Origin: Mobula birostris
Lineage: Eukaryota
Direction of reading: 5' to 3'
DNA length: 64,000 nt
Assembly: GCF_030028105.1 (NCBI RefSeq)
Contig: NC_092382.1
Coordinates: 85,274,198 to 85,338,197 of the forward strand
Each line of letters begins with the position of its first letter. Position 1 is the stretch's first letter. A program made the position numbers and the translations under genes. The notes under the pieces are model-generated. The model was not told the origin of the DNA, did not search any database, and saw only the letters and a program-made list of their open reading frames with translations. Below are positions 24,369 through 37,377 of the stretch, piece after piece.

Positions 24369-26599
24369 TTAGATATTTTGTTTGTTAATTAGTTGAATAA
24401 TTGTCGTGAGCGGATATTTCACTGCGCTGACGAACTGCTCTCTGAACCTGGCCCGAGTTACCATTAATAATCGTGATTGTGCAGCAACTTAATATCATCA
24501 GCGTGTATCCAGTGTGTTGAAAAATGTAAGCCGAATCGTTCTAATAATTCTGATTCAGTCCGACAATGGTGTTATAAAGGAATTCGGCAACATCCACCGA
24601 CCGCAGGACGATGAAGCTTCCGGAGATGGTGAGAAGTAAGATCACAGACCTCCTCCTGCTCTCCATCTCCGGGTCACTGCGGTTCTCCGCCTTGCTTTGA
24701 CCCCTCAGCCCCTTACGGACGCGACTAGTCACCAAAATGTGCCTGACTGTCAGAGCGTTGAATAGTAGTATTAACACGAACGGGAATAATGGCGTTAGGA
24801 CGGTAGTAAGACAGTCATATCCCACCCACCCGGGATCCGTATAGTAGCCCGGAATTTCAATACAGTCCCGGGGTATATTGTCAACCACTTTCACAAGTGC
24901 AATATGAAGCAGTAAGACACATTATTGAAACAGAACACAACGCCGGTTGTTGTCAGAACCACAGACGCAGTTTTCCCGGTGTAATATTTGCTCTCCATTT
25001 CTGACAACATAAGGAGACAAACCGATCAAACATAAAGCTGAAAGTGAATCAAACAGAGCAGTCTGTGGCTGCCTCTCCCAGGGCAGCGATCACAGTGCAC
25101 ACGGGGGTGATGTCCAGGAAAGTCCCGGGGAAGTAATAATAACTGACCTGCCACAATATCACCGCAAACACGATGGTCAGTCGATCCGCCGCTGCCGTGG
25201 CCACCAGGTAGCGAGTGGTGCGGATGGAGAGGCCGCACTTTCCGGGACAGGATCACCATCGCCACTAAGTTCACTTGGGGGGGGGGGGGGACGGCAGAAT
25301 GAATGAATGAATTACTCTCTCACCTCTCTGTGGGTCTCTGTGCCAAGATCAGCTGTAAAGAGCGAACAATCAAACTTTGCGGGCGCTCATTACTGGTTTA
25401 AAACGTGTAAATCGGGGTTCGCAGACGCCTCAAAGGTGCACAAGCAGGGAGGAAGGTTACGGCACTCGATACTAAAAGGGGAGCGGGATTTGGGAAGGAG
25501 GCGTTGTGAACTGATCGCAAAGGACACCTTTCGGCCGATGTGCAAAGTTTGAATACCTCGGCAAGTTTCACTGCGATAGTGATTCCCGCGATCCCATCAC
25601 CTATCTTCTGTCTCTCTTCGCATGTCGCCCAGCCCCGCTGCCTCTGACTTTGTCCATTTTTATGTTCAAAGTTCGAAGCAGATTTACTTCCCCTGTTCGC
25701 AAGCATTCATCTCCTCCTCGACTTCCCGTTCGTCACCCGTTCACACGGGCTCAGTTGGGCTCGCTGCTTTTAAATTCTGCAGCTACCCTTGGCCGTGGTT
25801 CCTTCACATTATGTGATGGGATCGGATCTGGAAGTTCCCATTTACAATTTTTGTCTTGTACATTCTTCCTGACCTGCTCCAATTTACAAAAGTATTATTC
25901 CAAATGGATCGATGTTTATTGTTCCAGAGAGGAGTACCCCCTGTACTTTACACCGTCAGGCATCTAACGGACACCTGTGGGTTGGATAACCCCTTCTCCA
26001 CGGATAATATGACGTGGAAACAAACCCTTGTGAACCAAAACGTACACCGACACTTATCTGAAACTCACAATGGTCCGAGATCGAACACGCAAATTAATCT
26101 CATCGGGATTTCCCTTCAAACTCGCAGTATTTTTTTCAAACAATTCCCTTAAATTTGAAATTAAAGCATCTTGATCTATTAATGCAGAAAAAACCCACTA
26201 AGTAGCCCATAAGGGTGGCGAACGCGCTGTATTATCGGACTTCACTTTGACATCGTCTATGTATTGATAAATCAAAACTGCTTGCCATGGATCCACAATA
26301 TAATCCATCTCCCCCATCTTCCACTCTGCATCTGTTTCAATTCGTTCTTTTTTTTCTTTTCAGCCGAATCTACTGATTAAACTGCAAGGAAACTTCTGAC
26401 CGAACACAAGATTTTTGTCACAATATTCGCACTGCCCTCACTGATACACCGGCATGACAACGCTGTCGGTCACTGAACGAGTCCAAAACCCGCGCATATT
26501 GAACAGGAAATGTTAGTTCGCGTCTGTTCTTACCAGGGGCACACATGAAGCTAATGATCAAGTAATATATCTTTCTCACGCGGTAAATAGTTTCAGCAT
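24369..26599 (-). pseudogene. GPR139/142-like GPCR pseudogene (exon 1 26534-26599, exon 2 24369-25273)
   Basis: Closely paralogous to the intact gene at 38238-40615. Exon 1 is 66 nt versus 67 nt (frameshift). Exon 2 has a frameshift after ILS, further indels and a TAG at 24541-24543. Confidence 0.9.
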
Positions 26600-27159
26600 T
26601 CTGTGTGAGATTCAGCCTGTCTTCCAGCTGCCCGCGATCTCGCTGAAGAAATTCTGAGCTGATGAATCTCCACGGTCATTCATTTATACTCGCTCCAGCA
26701 CACTGAATATCCATTACTACACAAGGCTGACGTGTCTTCCAACAGCTGGGGTAAAAATAAACATGACTTCATTCAAATAAAATCCCAAATGTGATGAGGT
26801 ATGGAGAGCTTCACAGCTTCAAATTGAAGAATCTCACAGATGAAGAAATGACGATTCAAGAAGTCAGTAAATGTTGTTTTGAAACACTCTCAAGGTCAGC
26901 TCTCCGTTTCATGAATCTTATTGTTGATCTTGTCCATTCCCAGACTCCATAGGTTTTGTCATCATAGACCAATTCGATACTGTCACTGGGCTACTCTGTT
27001 TCACTCTGAAAGCTGACTCTGTTATAGATCTTTCAATAGAAATATAAGAAAAAGCATATGTTGTTTGTACATTCCTGTAATATAGTGAGCAGCCATAAGC
27101 TGATATCGTATCCAGGCTTACGAGGTAGGGAACGCACACAATCCGTTAATCACAATAAT

Positions 27160-27850
27160 CACAACACATACAAAAAACTGGAAGAACTCAACACGGCAGC
27201 GTCTTTGGAGATGAATAAAGAGTCGACGTTTCATGCCGAGACGTCTTCTTCAAATTAATTCACAATTCGACGAGCACCTTAGCAGCAACAACAAAAACAG
27301 AATTTCCCAGTGGCCAACTATCTCAACTCTAATCCCCATTCCCAGTCCGAAATGTTCGGCCTATTGTCCCCTTTTCTGCAACATGAGCCCACTCTCAGGT
27401 TGGAGGAGTAACCTGCAAACATATTCTCTTTATGGAGCCTCCAATCATATGACATGAACACAGATATCTGAAACTTCCGGTGTTTATCCTCTTCTTCATT
27501 TCACCACTCTGGCCTCGTACTCTTCTCCTCACCTACCAGTCACCTCTCTCCGGTCCTCTCCTACTTCCCTTTCTCCCATGCTCCACTCTCTCCTATGAGA
27601 TTCCCTCTTCTCTAGCTCTTCGCTTTTTCCCATTATCACGCCAGCCACATTTCGTCCCCCTATCTAATGCATCTGGCTTCACCTACTGCCTTCCAGCTTG
27701 TGCTCTCTCCAGCTCCTCGGAACTTCCTTATTTTGGCATCTTTCCCGTTTTACTCCATCCCGAAACTGGGTTGCAGCCCGAAAAGTCAACTCTTTATTCA
27801 TTTTGATGCATGCTACCTGACCTGGTGAATTCCTCCTGCATCTTAAATAC
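27160..27850 (+). mobile_element. Penelope-like element remnant (GIY-YIG C-terminus) with inverted terminal hammerhead-type repeats
   Basis: FDEHL...PVAxxxNSxPHSxS...RLEE...IFxLxSLQ...MN; pyrimidine-rich 3' region; degenerate cccgaaa.gtc.act at ~27778 and an antisense copy at ~27220-27250. Confidence 0.7.
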
Positions 27851-27854
27851 ACAC

Positions 27855-30800
27855 AGTGACATGGACTCCACAGCCGCTCGTGGCAACAAATTCCGTAGAT
27901 TTACCACGCGCTGACTAAAGTAATTTTTCCGCGCCTCAGTTCAAAATGGACGCCCTTCCATCCTGAAGTTGTTCCCTCTTCTCCTAGACTCCCTTACCAT
28001 GGGAAAACTTTGCCACATCTAATCTCTTCAGACCTTTTAAGATTTGGAATGTGTCGATGAGATCCTCTATCGTTCTCCTGAACTCCAGGGAATACAGCCC
28101 AAGAGCTGCCAGACTTTCTTCATACATTGTATTCGCCTGCTTCACAACCGACTCAACCTGGAGGTGAACCTTTAGTGTATCTTGCACAAGTACTCCCAAG
28201 TCTCTTTGCATCTCTGCATTTTGAATTCTTTCCCCACCTAAATAATAGTCTGCCCATTTATTTCTTCCACCAAAGTGCTTGACCATACATTTTCCAACAT
28301 TGTATTTCATTTGCCACTTCTTTGCCCATTCCCCTAAATTATTTAAGTCTCTCTGCAGTCTCTCTGTTTCCTCAACACTGCACGCACCTCTACCTATCTT
28401 TGTATCATCGGCAAATTTAGCCACAAATCCATTACTAACGTGGTCCAAATCATTGACATATATAGTAAAAAGTAACTGTCCCAACACCAACCCCTGTGGA
28501 ACACCACTGGTAACTGGCTGCCAGCCAGAATAGGATCCCTTTATTCCCACTCTCTGTTTTCTGTCAACCAGCCAATGCTCCACCCATGCTACTAATTCCC
28601 CTGTAATTCCATGAGCTCTTATCTTGCTAAGCAGCCTCATGTGCGGCACCTTGTCAAAGGTCTTGTGAAAATCCAAGTACACCACGTTTACTGCATCACC
28701 TTTTGCAATTTACTCAAAGAATTGCAGTTGGTTTGTCAGGCAGAATTTTTCTTTCTGGAAACCAAGCGGGCTTTGGCCTGTCTTGCCATGTGCCCCCAGG
28801 TACTACATAATCTCATCCTTAACAATTTCCCAACCACTGATGTCAGGCTAACAGGTCTATAGTTTCATTTTTGCTCCCTCCCACCATTCGTCAATAGCGG
28901 AGTAACATTTGCAATTTTCCAGTTATCCGATTTTTGAAAGATCATTGCTACTGCCTCCGAAATCTCTCCAGCTATTCCCATCGGAACCCAAGGGTGCATT
29001 CCATCAGACCCAGGAGATTTATCCAGCGTCAGACCATTATGCTCCCTGAGCACCTTCTCAGTCGTAATTTCCACTGCACACACTTCATTTCCATGATACT
29101 CTTGAATGCCCGATGTACTGCAGGTGGCTTCCACTGTGAAGCCTGATGCAAAATTTGCATTCACTTCCTCTGCCATCTCTGCGTCTCGCATTACAATATC
29201 TCCAGCGTCATTTTTTTTTTGTTTTGTGTTTTTCTGGCGTGTGCCTGCGTGTGTGCGAGTCTGTGCGTGCGCGTCTGTGCGTGTGCGTCTGCGTGTCCGT
29301 GCGTGCTTCCGTGATGATCTCTTTTTCATGGCTTTTACAAGGCGCTGAGCGAGAGAGAGACTGTGTGGTGCGCCACTCCTCACACAGACATTTTCGCAGT
29401 ATTTTCCCTTGATTTTACTAGGTCGAGCTGCGATCTCGACACTGAACCCAGCACGGATGGAAAGCGTACTCGGGGGCGGACCCCACTGGTTTTAAACCCG
29501 GGAACCTCCGCTCCCGGGTCCGGCGCCCATGTCATTGCGCCACCAGCGTCATTTTCTATTCGTCCTCTATCTACCCTGAATTCTCTTTTCCTCTTTACAT
29601 AATTAAAAAGGTTTTAGTATCTTCTTTGATATTAGTCGCGAGGTTACTTTCATAATTCATTTTTTCCTTCCTAACGACCTTCTTAGTTTCCTTCTGCAAG
29701 TTTTTAAAAGCTTCCCAATCGTCTATCTTCCACTAGATTTGGCTTCCTTGTATGCCCTCTCTTCTGCTTTAGCTTTATCTCTGAATTTACTTGTCAGCCA
29801 TGGTAGTGTCCTTCCTCCATTCGAAAATTTCTTCTTATTTCGAATATATCTGACTTGCACTTTCCGCATTTTTCGCAGAAACCCCAGCCATCGCTGCTCT
29901 GCTGTCCTTCCTGCTAGTGTCCCTTTCCAGTCAACCTCGGCCAGTTCCCCTCTTATGCCATTGAAATGTCATTTATTCTGCTGATATACCGACACATTGA
30001 CATTTAGTTTCTGCTTCTGAAATTTCAAAGTGAACTCGATCATATTGTGATCACTGTTTCCTAATGGTTCCTTAACCTTAAGCTCTTTTATCGCCTCCCG
30101 ATCATTGCACAACACCCAACCCAGCACAGACAAACCCGTATTGAGTTGAACAGCAAGCTGTTCTAAAAAGCCATCTCTTAGACATTCTTCAATTTCAGTC
30201 TCCTGATGTCCAGTAATGGCCTGGTTTTCCCAATCCACTTTCATGTTAGAATCCCCCACGATGATCATGATATTGCCCTCTTGACACACCTGTCCTATCT
30301 CCTGCTGTAATTTGTAATCCATACCCCGGCTGCTGTTTGGAGGCTTGTATGGAACTGCCATTAGGATTCTTTTAGCGTTGCCATTTCTTAACTCAACCCA
30401 TAGAGATTCCAAACTTTCTGCTTCTGTGTCATCCCTTTCTTATACACAGAGCCACACCACCCATTCTGCCTACTAACCTATCTTTCCGATACACCGAATA
30501 TCCTTGGACTTTCATCACCCAATGGTAGCCATTCTTTAGCCGAGTTTCAGAGATAGCCGCAACGACGTACTTGCCAATCTGTACCTGAATTTAAATATCG
30601 TCCATTTTATTCCTTATGCTGCGTGTATTCAACAGTAACACTTTCAGTCCAGTATTTGCTGCTTTCTGTTTCAACTGCGCCACGCCTCTATTGCCCTGTA
30701 ACTGGCTGTGATTATGCCTCATCTGCTGTCTTTCCTTTCTATCATTTCTGTTGCACGCTATCTGTGATTTATTTCTGTTTTCCCCTTCCTAAGGCCTATC

Positions 30801-31250
30801 ACTCCGGTTCCCATCCACCTACCAAATTAGTTTCAACCCAGTTATATTAAATATGCCGGCTAGGATATTGGAGCCTTTGGGCTCAGGTGTAATCCGTCCT
30901 TTTCGTACAGGTTGTACCTCCTCCAGAAGAGGTCCCAGTGATCCAGGAACCCGAGGCCCTGCCCCCTCCCCCCACCAGTCTCAGCTACTCATTAATATTC
31001 CTGATCGTGCTATTCATGGGCTCGTTAGCACGAGGCACAGGCAACAATCTCGAGATCACTACCCTGCAGGTCCTGCTTTTCAACTTCCTGACCAACTCCT
31101 TAAATTCTCTCTTCAGGACCTCCTCCCTATTTCTACCTATGTCACTGGTACCAACGTGTACCGAGACTTCTGACTGTTTACCCTCTCCTTTCAGAATACT
31201 CTGCACCCAGTCCGAGACATTTCGTACGCTGGCACATGGGTGGCAACACA
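27855..31250 (-). mobile_element. CR1 LINE spanning ORF1 esterase, AP endonuclease and RT (disrupted)
   Basis: ORFs 30985-31251 (VHVGTSD, VVISRLLPVP), 29969-30412 (YKPPN, SDHN) and 27984-28685 (SGVPQG, FADDTK). Confidence 0.9.
29215..29542 (-). mobile_element. tRNA-derived SINE inserted in CR1
   Basis: 13-bp TSD CCAGCGTCATTTT (29202-29214, 29543-29555); minus-strand A box TGGCGCAATG and B-box-like GGTTTAAAACC; (GCAC/CA)-rich tail and poly(A). Confidence 0.85.
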
Positions 31251-31279
31251 CTCAGCTACTCATTAATATTCCTGATCAT

Positions 31280-33678
31280 GCTACATCGTGTCCCTGTTAC
31301 TGAGAAAATGGCTTCGGTTGAGGTTGAAGAATCAAACGTTATACTGGGTAACGTCAGCCCCGACCGAGCTCGGTGTTGGCAGCTGGTCCTGCCGGAGAAG
31401 TATCGGAAGGTTGTTTTGCAGTCCCTGCATGATGACTCTGGACAATTGGGGGTGGAAAGACTTATGGATAACTCAAGAATCGGTTTTACTGCCCCCGAAT
31501 GAGGACGGAGGTTGAAGAGTACTGCAAGTCCTGCATTCGTTGCATACGAGGGAAGACGCTGCCTGGACAGGCTGCCCCTTTGTCCCACTTGCAGAGTGCG
31601 GGGCCTTTGGACCTGGTGTGTATGGATTTCCTGTCCATAGAACCCGATGCCAGCAACACGGCAAATGTCCTGGTCATCACGGACCACTACGCCAGGTATG
31701 TGCAACCTTTTCCTACTAAGAATCAGAGGGCGACTACAGTGGTGAAAGTGCTATGTGGAAGTATTTTCTGCATTATGGTCTTCCTCGGCGGATACATAGT
31801 GGCCAGGGACGGTACTTTGAGAGTAAGCTCATCTATGAGTTACTGGGCATGCTGGGGGTTGAGAAATCGAGGACCACGCCCTATTATCCACAAGGTGATC
31901 CCCAGCCGGGAAGGTTCAATCGGACGCTGCCGGACATGCTCGAGACTCTGGAGATCAGCAAAAAGAATCGTTGGAGTTGACATATTGGACATCTGTTTCA
32001 CTGTTACAACTGCACACGCAATGAAGCTACTGGTTACTCGCCCTATTATCTGATGTTTGGGCGCGAGGCAAAGTTGCCCATTGACCTTAGTTTTTGGACT
32101 GATACGGGTGAAGTTTTGCTGAAGCCTGATCTGAAGTATGTGTCTGATATGAGGAAAGAGCTCAAAAGAGCGTAGGAGAGGGCCGGGGATGCGGCCGCCG
32201 GGCAGAATCGGGGAAATAAGAGGAAGTATGACCAGAAAATAAAGTTCTTTCAACTCCTACCGGGAGACCGAGTCCTCATTAGGAATCTGGGATTACCGGG
32301 AATATACAAACTGGCTGATCGCTGTGCAGCCACGCCCTATGTGGTAGAGCGTCAGATGCCAAACCTTCCTGTTTTCCGGGTGCGGCCCGAGGATGGAAAG
32401 GGGCCTATAAAGATTCTCCATCGGAATCACCTGTTGCCCCTGGGGCAAGATGTGCAGGTGGAGCAGGCGCCTGAAACGGTGGCTGCACTCCGTGCCAGGA
32501 CTCTGCGTCCCCGCAGGGAGGGACGGGACCGGGCTTAGCCCCTGTGAGGGATACCGATTCGGAAGGTGATGACTGGGATGATTGGTACATTCTGCCGTTC
32601 GCTGATGCTCACGGAATGGAGGAAGAGACACCTGTCCTTTCACCCACTGGGTTAGAGGGGGCTAGTAAGGGGAAGTCCGTGGTACCACAGGGCGCTGACG
32701 GAGAGAGTGTAGGGCCTGAAACAGAGATAGAGCGTTCCGAGGTGCAGAGAGGCTTGGGTGACCGCTCAGGGGAGGGCTCGTCTCGTATTTTCAAAGGGTC
32801 CCCTGTAGTGTCAGAAATAGAAGGGTTAGACGAGGTGGTGCGTAGGCCTCGGAGAAGTCGGAAACCCCGAGAGAGGTTGGCCTATGTAGCACCGGGGAAC
32901 AAGGTGTAATCACTACTGTTTTAGGGAGTTATGACACTGCTTTCTGCACGTGGATTGGGCTGTGTGTTCTGAAGGAAGGGATGGCGAATCATCTGAACGT
33001 CATGAGGGCATGACTTATTTCGGTAGGGGACGAATGTAGGGCTCTCAGAAATAATAGACGGACTGATAACTGTTAATCTCTTCTTACCAAAATGGCTTCT
33101 CTGAGGTGTTATATTAAAATGGCTTCTCCTACGGTTAACTGCTGAGCAAGGGGTTCTCTGTAACAGCGATGTTTGGGTTATACCATGTGATAAAAGAAAT
33201 TGTATTCTTTTGTTAGCCAATGGAAGTCATGTTCTGTTATCTTGCATATGTATGCTGAGTTGAGGAGCGCGGGCGTTTTCAGGAGGCGTGCAGAGAGGAC
33301 AGACGTGTCAGGGAATGGACAGCTGTTCCAGGGCGGCAGATACCGGACCTCGAGAGTTCGGATGGTGGCCGGAGTCTCGGAAGGATGTTGTGGATGGAAT
33401 CGGAGGCGTGAGCTCCAAAGTATTAAAATATTATGTGCACAAGACTGATAAGTAACTTATGTGGCGCCTTTCTTTCAGTTGTTGCCACTAACCCATCACC
33501 AAAATTTGCTAAAATGTATAATTCTTTACTCGCCCTTGGTATATTGTTTCATATTTGTGGCGTGGCTGATCATTGGGCGCCTCACACCGTATCCGCACCA
33601 AAACATTTGCACTGCTTGGCCGGGTCGACGGCCATTCGCCCTAGGCCACGGGAGTCAGTGGGGGCAAAGACCATTACA
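31280..33678 (+). mobile_element. Gypsy LTR retrotransposon 3' half: integrase, PPT and 3' LTR (33035-33678)
   Basis: LQSLHDDSG...CKSCIRC (HHCC), PLDLVCMDFL, VITDH, GLPRRIHSGQG, TTPYYPQGDPQPGRFNRTL; purine tract ggtaggggacgaa before TGTAGGG; LTR ends ...TTACA. Frameshifted. Confidence 0.9.
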
Positions 33679-34099
33679 CAGGGAGAAGGCAATAAATCTC
33701 CCAGCAACATGCTGGCATAGTCGTCAAACCGGAACTTTAACTAAAGGGAAAACTCCGAACAGCAGAGAAAGAGAATGGATGTCGGGATTGGCAGACATGG
33801 CCGGGTCACTCCGAAGGTTTAGATAACGGGCACCTCGACAATGGATCTGTGTGATTTCAATACCGGATATTAGGGTGATATAATGTGCAAGGTAAAATAC
33901 ATCAAGCAATCTCATCAATAATAGATATTTTTTTCTGAAATAACGGAAAGGCAACAGTGCCGGAAACAGCAACGTTTTCAGCAAGTTCAATTCATTAATA
34001 TGCTTGTTCAGCAGGTATGGATTTATTTTCGAAATTGGAGAATTATTTAACCCTTTCATCTGAGCAGTGCAGAGTTATAAAACATTTCAATACTAAAGT

Positions 34100-34963
34100 A
34101 GCCGGGGAGAGCAGAACAACTTTTAACTGTTATCTGAATCTAGTCAGGGTCATTCCGTAGATAAATGTATTCGTGTAGCTGCTGAAATTCTGAATCACAG
34201 AACCTCAAAATTGGATCTGAAAAAGCCGAATAGATATTTCCAGGTCTGTATAGAGGCATCGCATGAGAATGAAGACCAGAGTGCTTGGCGCCCAACAGAG
34301 AAGGAAACTCGCCGACAGGCTGAAGAGCAGAATGATGGATTGTCTCCGAGTCTCCATCTCCGGATCTCGCTGTTTCCCGCAATTTCACTGTCCCTTCAGC
34401 TCCCTGCGGACTCTGCTCGCCGCCAGTATCTGTCCGACGGTCAGAGCATTGCGGGTCAAAATGAGGAAGAAAGGAAGTAGCGGATTCAACAGACGGTCCA
34501 CCCAATAAAACCCCTCAAACGATGGCGAGGAAGGAAGTACGGGTCTACTGAAACAGACCCAATTACCCCTCACGAAAAACGTTGCTTTTTCCATATGCAG
34601 GAAATAAAATGGGATTTCTGTTTTAAAAGAAACCGATACCAATTCCCAAAGTCGCAATCTTGAGGATGCAGTACTTTGTTTTAAACTTAGTGGAGCAAAT
34701 GACCACAAAGCGGTCGAAAGTGAAAGCGACAGTAAACCACACGGAGCAATCAACGACCACGTGACACATGACGTAGTGGACAAGGCAGAACGGAGCGTTG
34801 TCCAGGAAGCTGTGAAGTCCGTTTGCTTGACCCATCTGGTAGAACAGGACTTCGATAATCACCACCATTAGATCCGCCGCAGCCATCGCCAGCAGGTAGC
34901 GCGTGAAACATTTATTAATACCGTAGTTTCATCGGCAGAGAATGAGGATTGTCACAAGGTTAA
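34100..34963 (-). pseudogene. Divergent GPR139/142-like GPCR pseudogene (exon 2)
   Basis: Acceptor tgcAG then VNLVTILILCR* ; RYLLAMAAADL, DCSVWFTVAFTFDRF, LLNPLLPF, DPEMETRRQS, CWAP, TNTFIY; several stops and a frameshift. Exon 1 not found. Confidence 0.88.
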
Positions 34964-36387
34964 CTGCAGTGTGACAAAAAAGACCAAAAGCAAAAATTAA
35001 AAAAAAAAAATCAAAGCGCATTTTGTGCAGAAACACAACCATCTTTTGATCACTTGAATTAAATTCCATCGTTCATCTCTACTGGACTTTATCAGTGAAA
35101 GAAAACTTATACATGGGTTTATGCGGTTTCATTGAATACCTGACCGCAACATAAAGCGCTTCGCAGCAGCACATGCTCACATTAAACTCTTCACGTTCAC
35201 GGATGCAGCAGCTATGAGTAGAGTCCGAGAATGATAGAGCACAGAAACGGGTCCTTCTGCCCAATATCTTCATGCCGACCGACATGGCCGTCTGAGCTGG
35301 TCCCGTTTGTCCGCGTTTGGATCACATCTCTCTAAACCTTTCACATTAATGAAACTGTTAAAGTGCATTTCAAATATTGTCAATGACCTTATATCAACCA
35401 CTTCAATGCACAGACCAACTTCTGTGTGATAAAACGTCGCTCGGAATCCAACTACATTTCTGCCCTCTGAAGTTATGTCCACCCCCTCGAGAGACGTTAT
35501 GAGGGACGTTGGCTGCAAACACCTAAATCTCTCTGCGGCTGCACCTACTCGAGCATTGACCAGGTCCGATCTGATTTCCGCTGCGCTCCCTGAGAATTAT
35601 TCCCGTTCACCGTGAAACGGCAGTAGCCTCGCTCGGTGCTCCGTTTTTCTCTCCGTAACAGCGAAGCAACGACTTTGAAGGTCACTTGGCCGATAAGTAT
35701 TTACACTGGGGTGCGGGATTAATTACCGAAAGGGGTGTGGCTGTAAAGAGAATATCTTGACTAAAAAGTTGGGATGAGTTCACTAATTGGTGGGAGTTGG
35801 AGGTCGCGGGCTGCGGGTGCGAAGCGTCTGTTCTTGGGCTGAGTCTCTCATGAGCTCCAAACCAATTTTATTCCCCGCGCTGTCACGAGAGGGGTGAGTG
35901 AGATAAAGTGAAGGTGAGGTGTGTGAGAGACGGATTTCAGGAAGGGGGTGGGGTGAGAGGGTGGGTAGAGAATGAAGAAGAAGCATAGGGATGGGAGAGT
36001 AAAGGAACACGGAGGAACGAGGCTGAGAGAGAGTGTTGAGCTGAGGAGTTGGAGAAGGCTGAGAAGGTGATGAGTGGTGGGAATGAAGGGGCCGACGGGG
36101 AACGGTGAGCGCAAGGTGGAGAGAAGAGGATAAAGATAGTGAGGGAGATTCACACACAGACAGGGTGTTGGGTAATTCCATTCCTCTGCCCCACTCACAG
36201 TAAACCATCTGCAGATATAATTCGATCAGCGAAAACAGGGTACAACACTCGATGCGAGAATATGCGAATCCTGTAAGAAGTCCACACCACCAACTTGAAG
36301 GAATATACAATCCAGAACTATGAAGAAATTATAACTGCAGGAGAAAACATTAACCGATGAAAGAAAATGAATCTTCATGGAAGACAT

Positions 36388-36546
36388 AAACAACAGGAAT
36401 TCTGCAGATGCTGGAAATTCACGCAACACACATGAAAGTTGCTGGTGAACGCAGCAGGCCAGGCAGCATCTCTGGGAAGAGGTACAGTCGACGTTTCGGG
36501 CCGAGACTCTGGCCCGAAACGTCGACTGCACCTCTTCCTAGGGAGA
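36388..36546. mobile_element. Short Penelope-derived element with fold-back end
   Basis: 15-bp TSD CTTCATGGAAGACAT (36373-36387, 36547-36561); inverted repeat gaagaggtacagtcgacgtttcgggcc / ggcccgaaacgtcgactgcacctcttc. Confidence 0.85.
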
Positions 36547-36959
36547 CTTCATGGAAGACATCCCACTAACTGAGCAAAAGCGATGTTCCCAATGAAGCTT
36601 TGAAGCCTGGCTGAAGGTTGAACACCACATCACAAAACTAGCGGGCTTTCTGTTGGTAATACATGACCACGTGGTTAACGCAAACAAAAAAAGTCAAAAA
36701 TTCATAATAAAGATAAACGATTAATGATGATAAATGCAGAAAATTCCATCAGAAGCAAGTAACAATGCAACTTATTACTGGATCCTGCAACAGTTTAACT
36801 CAATCTGATGACTTACACGGGCAGATTCAAGTGAGAGGCATCATTCATTAAAATCTTGCTCTAAATCATGAGCTCATCCAGAACGTATATTACCATAAAT
36901 GCAGACCTGATCCATTTGTAGAGTCGGATTCCTAACTGACTGATCTAATATTACAGCTT

Positions 36960-37365
36960 GTGCAATAAATAACACCTGTTCCGATATAATATTACAGGGT
37001 GAACAAGAAAGAACAAATTACTTAATAGATCTCGCCATTCCAAACACACACAACATTCTGCAATCATTCCCTGAAAAACATCGAAAATATGCTGACGTGT
37101 GAAAGGAAATTAAAAGGCTGTGGTACATGAACAGCGTATAAATTGTCCCATTTTTAATATCTATAATGTGTTTCATTCCAAAGTGACGACACAATAACAT
37201 TAAACAATTAGATCTGCACGACAGTATTCATTTTAATCTCCAGAATGCCACTAAACGAAACAGCACTAGAACTGTCTGAAAACGCCTTGCAATGAGAAAA
37301 GTGTCGGCTTGTCTATCTCCACACGGCAAGTTTGACCAGTTTTAACTGAGAAATAAAAAAAAATA
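36960..37365 (+). mobile_element. R4/Dong-clade RLE domain and 3' tail
   Basis: SDIILQ...YLIDLAIPNTHN...EKHRKY...EIKRLW...IVP.LIS...IPK; ends in an A/TAA-rich tail. Confidence 0.75.
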
Positions 37366-37377
37366 ATAACAATCATG

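Noticed and set aside
28865-29383. 172-aa ORF with a basic R/T/H-rich N-terminus
   Set aside because: Chimera of a SINE microsatellite tail and a CR1 ORF2 fragment.
34100-34963. In-frame TGA codons as possible selenocysteine or readthrough
   Set aside because: Accompanied by a frameshift and other stops at non-Cys positions; ordinary pseudogene decay.
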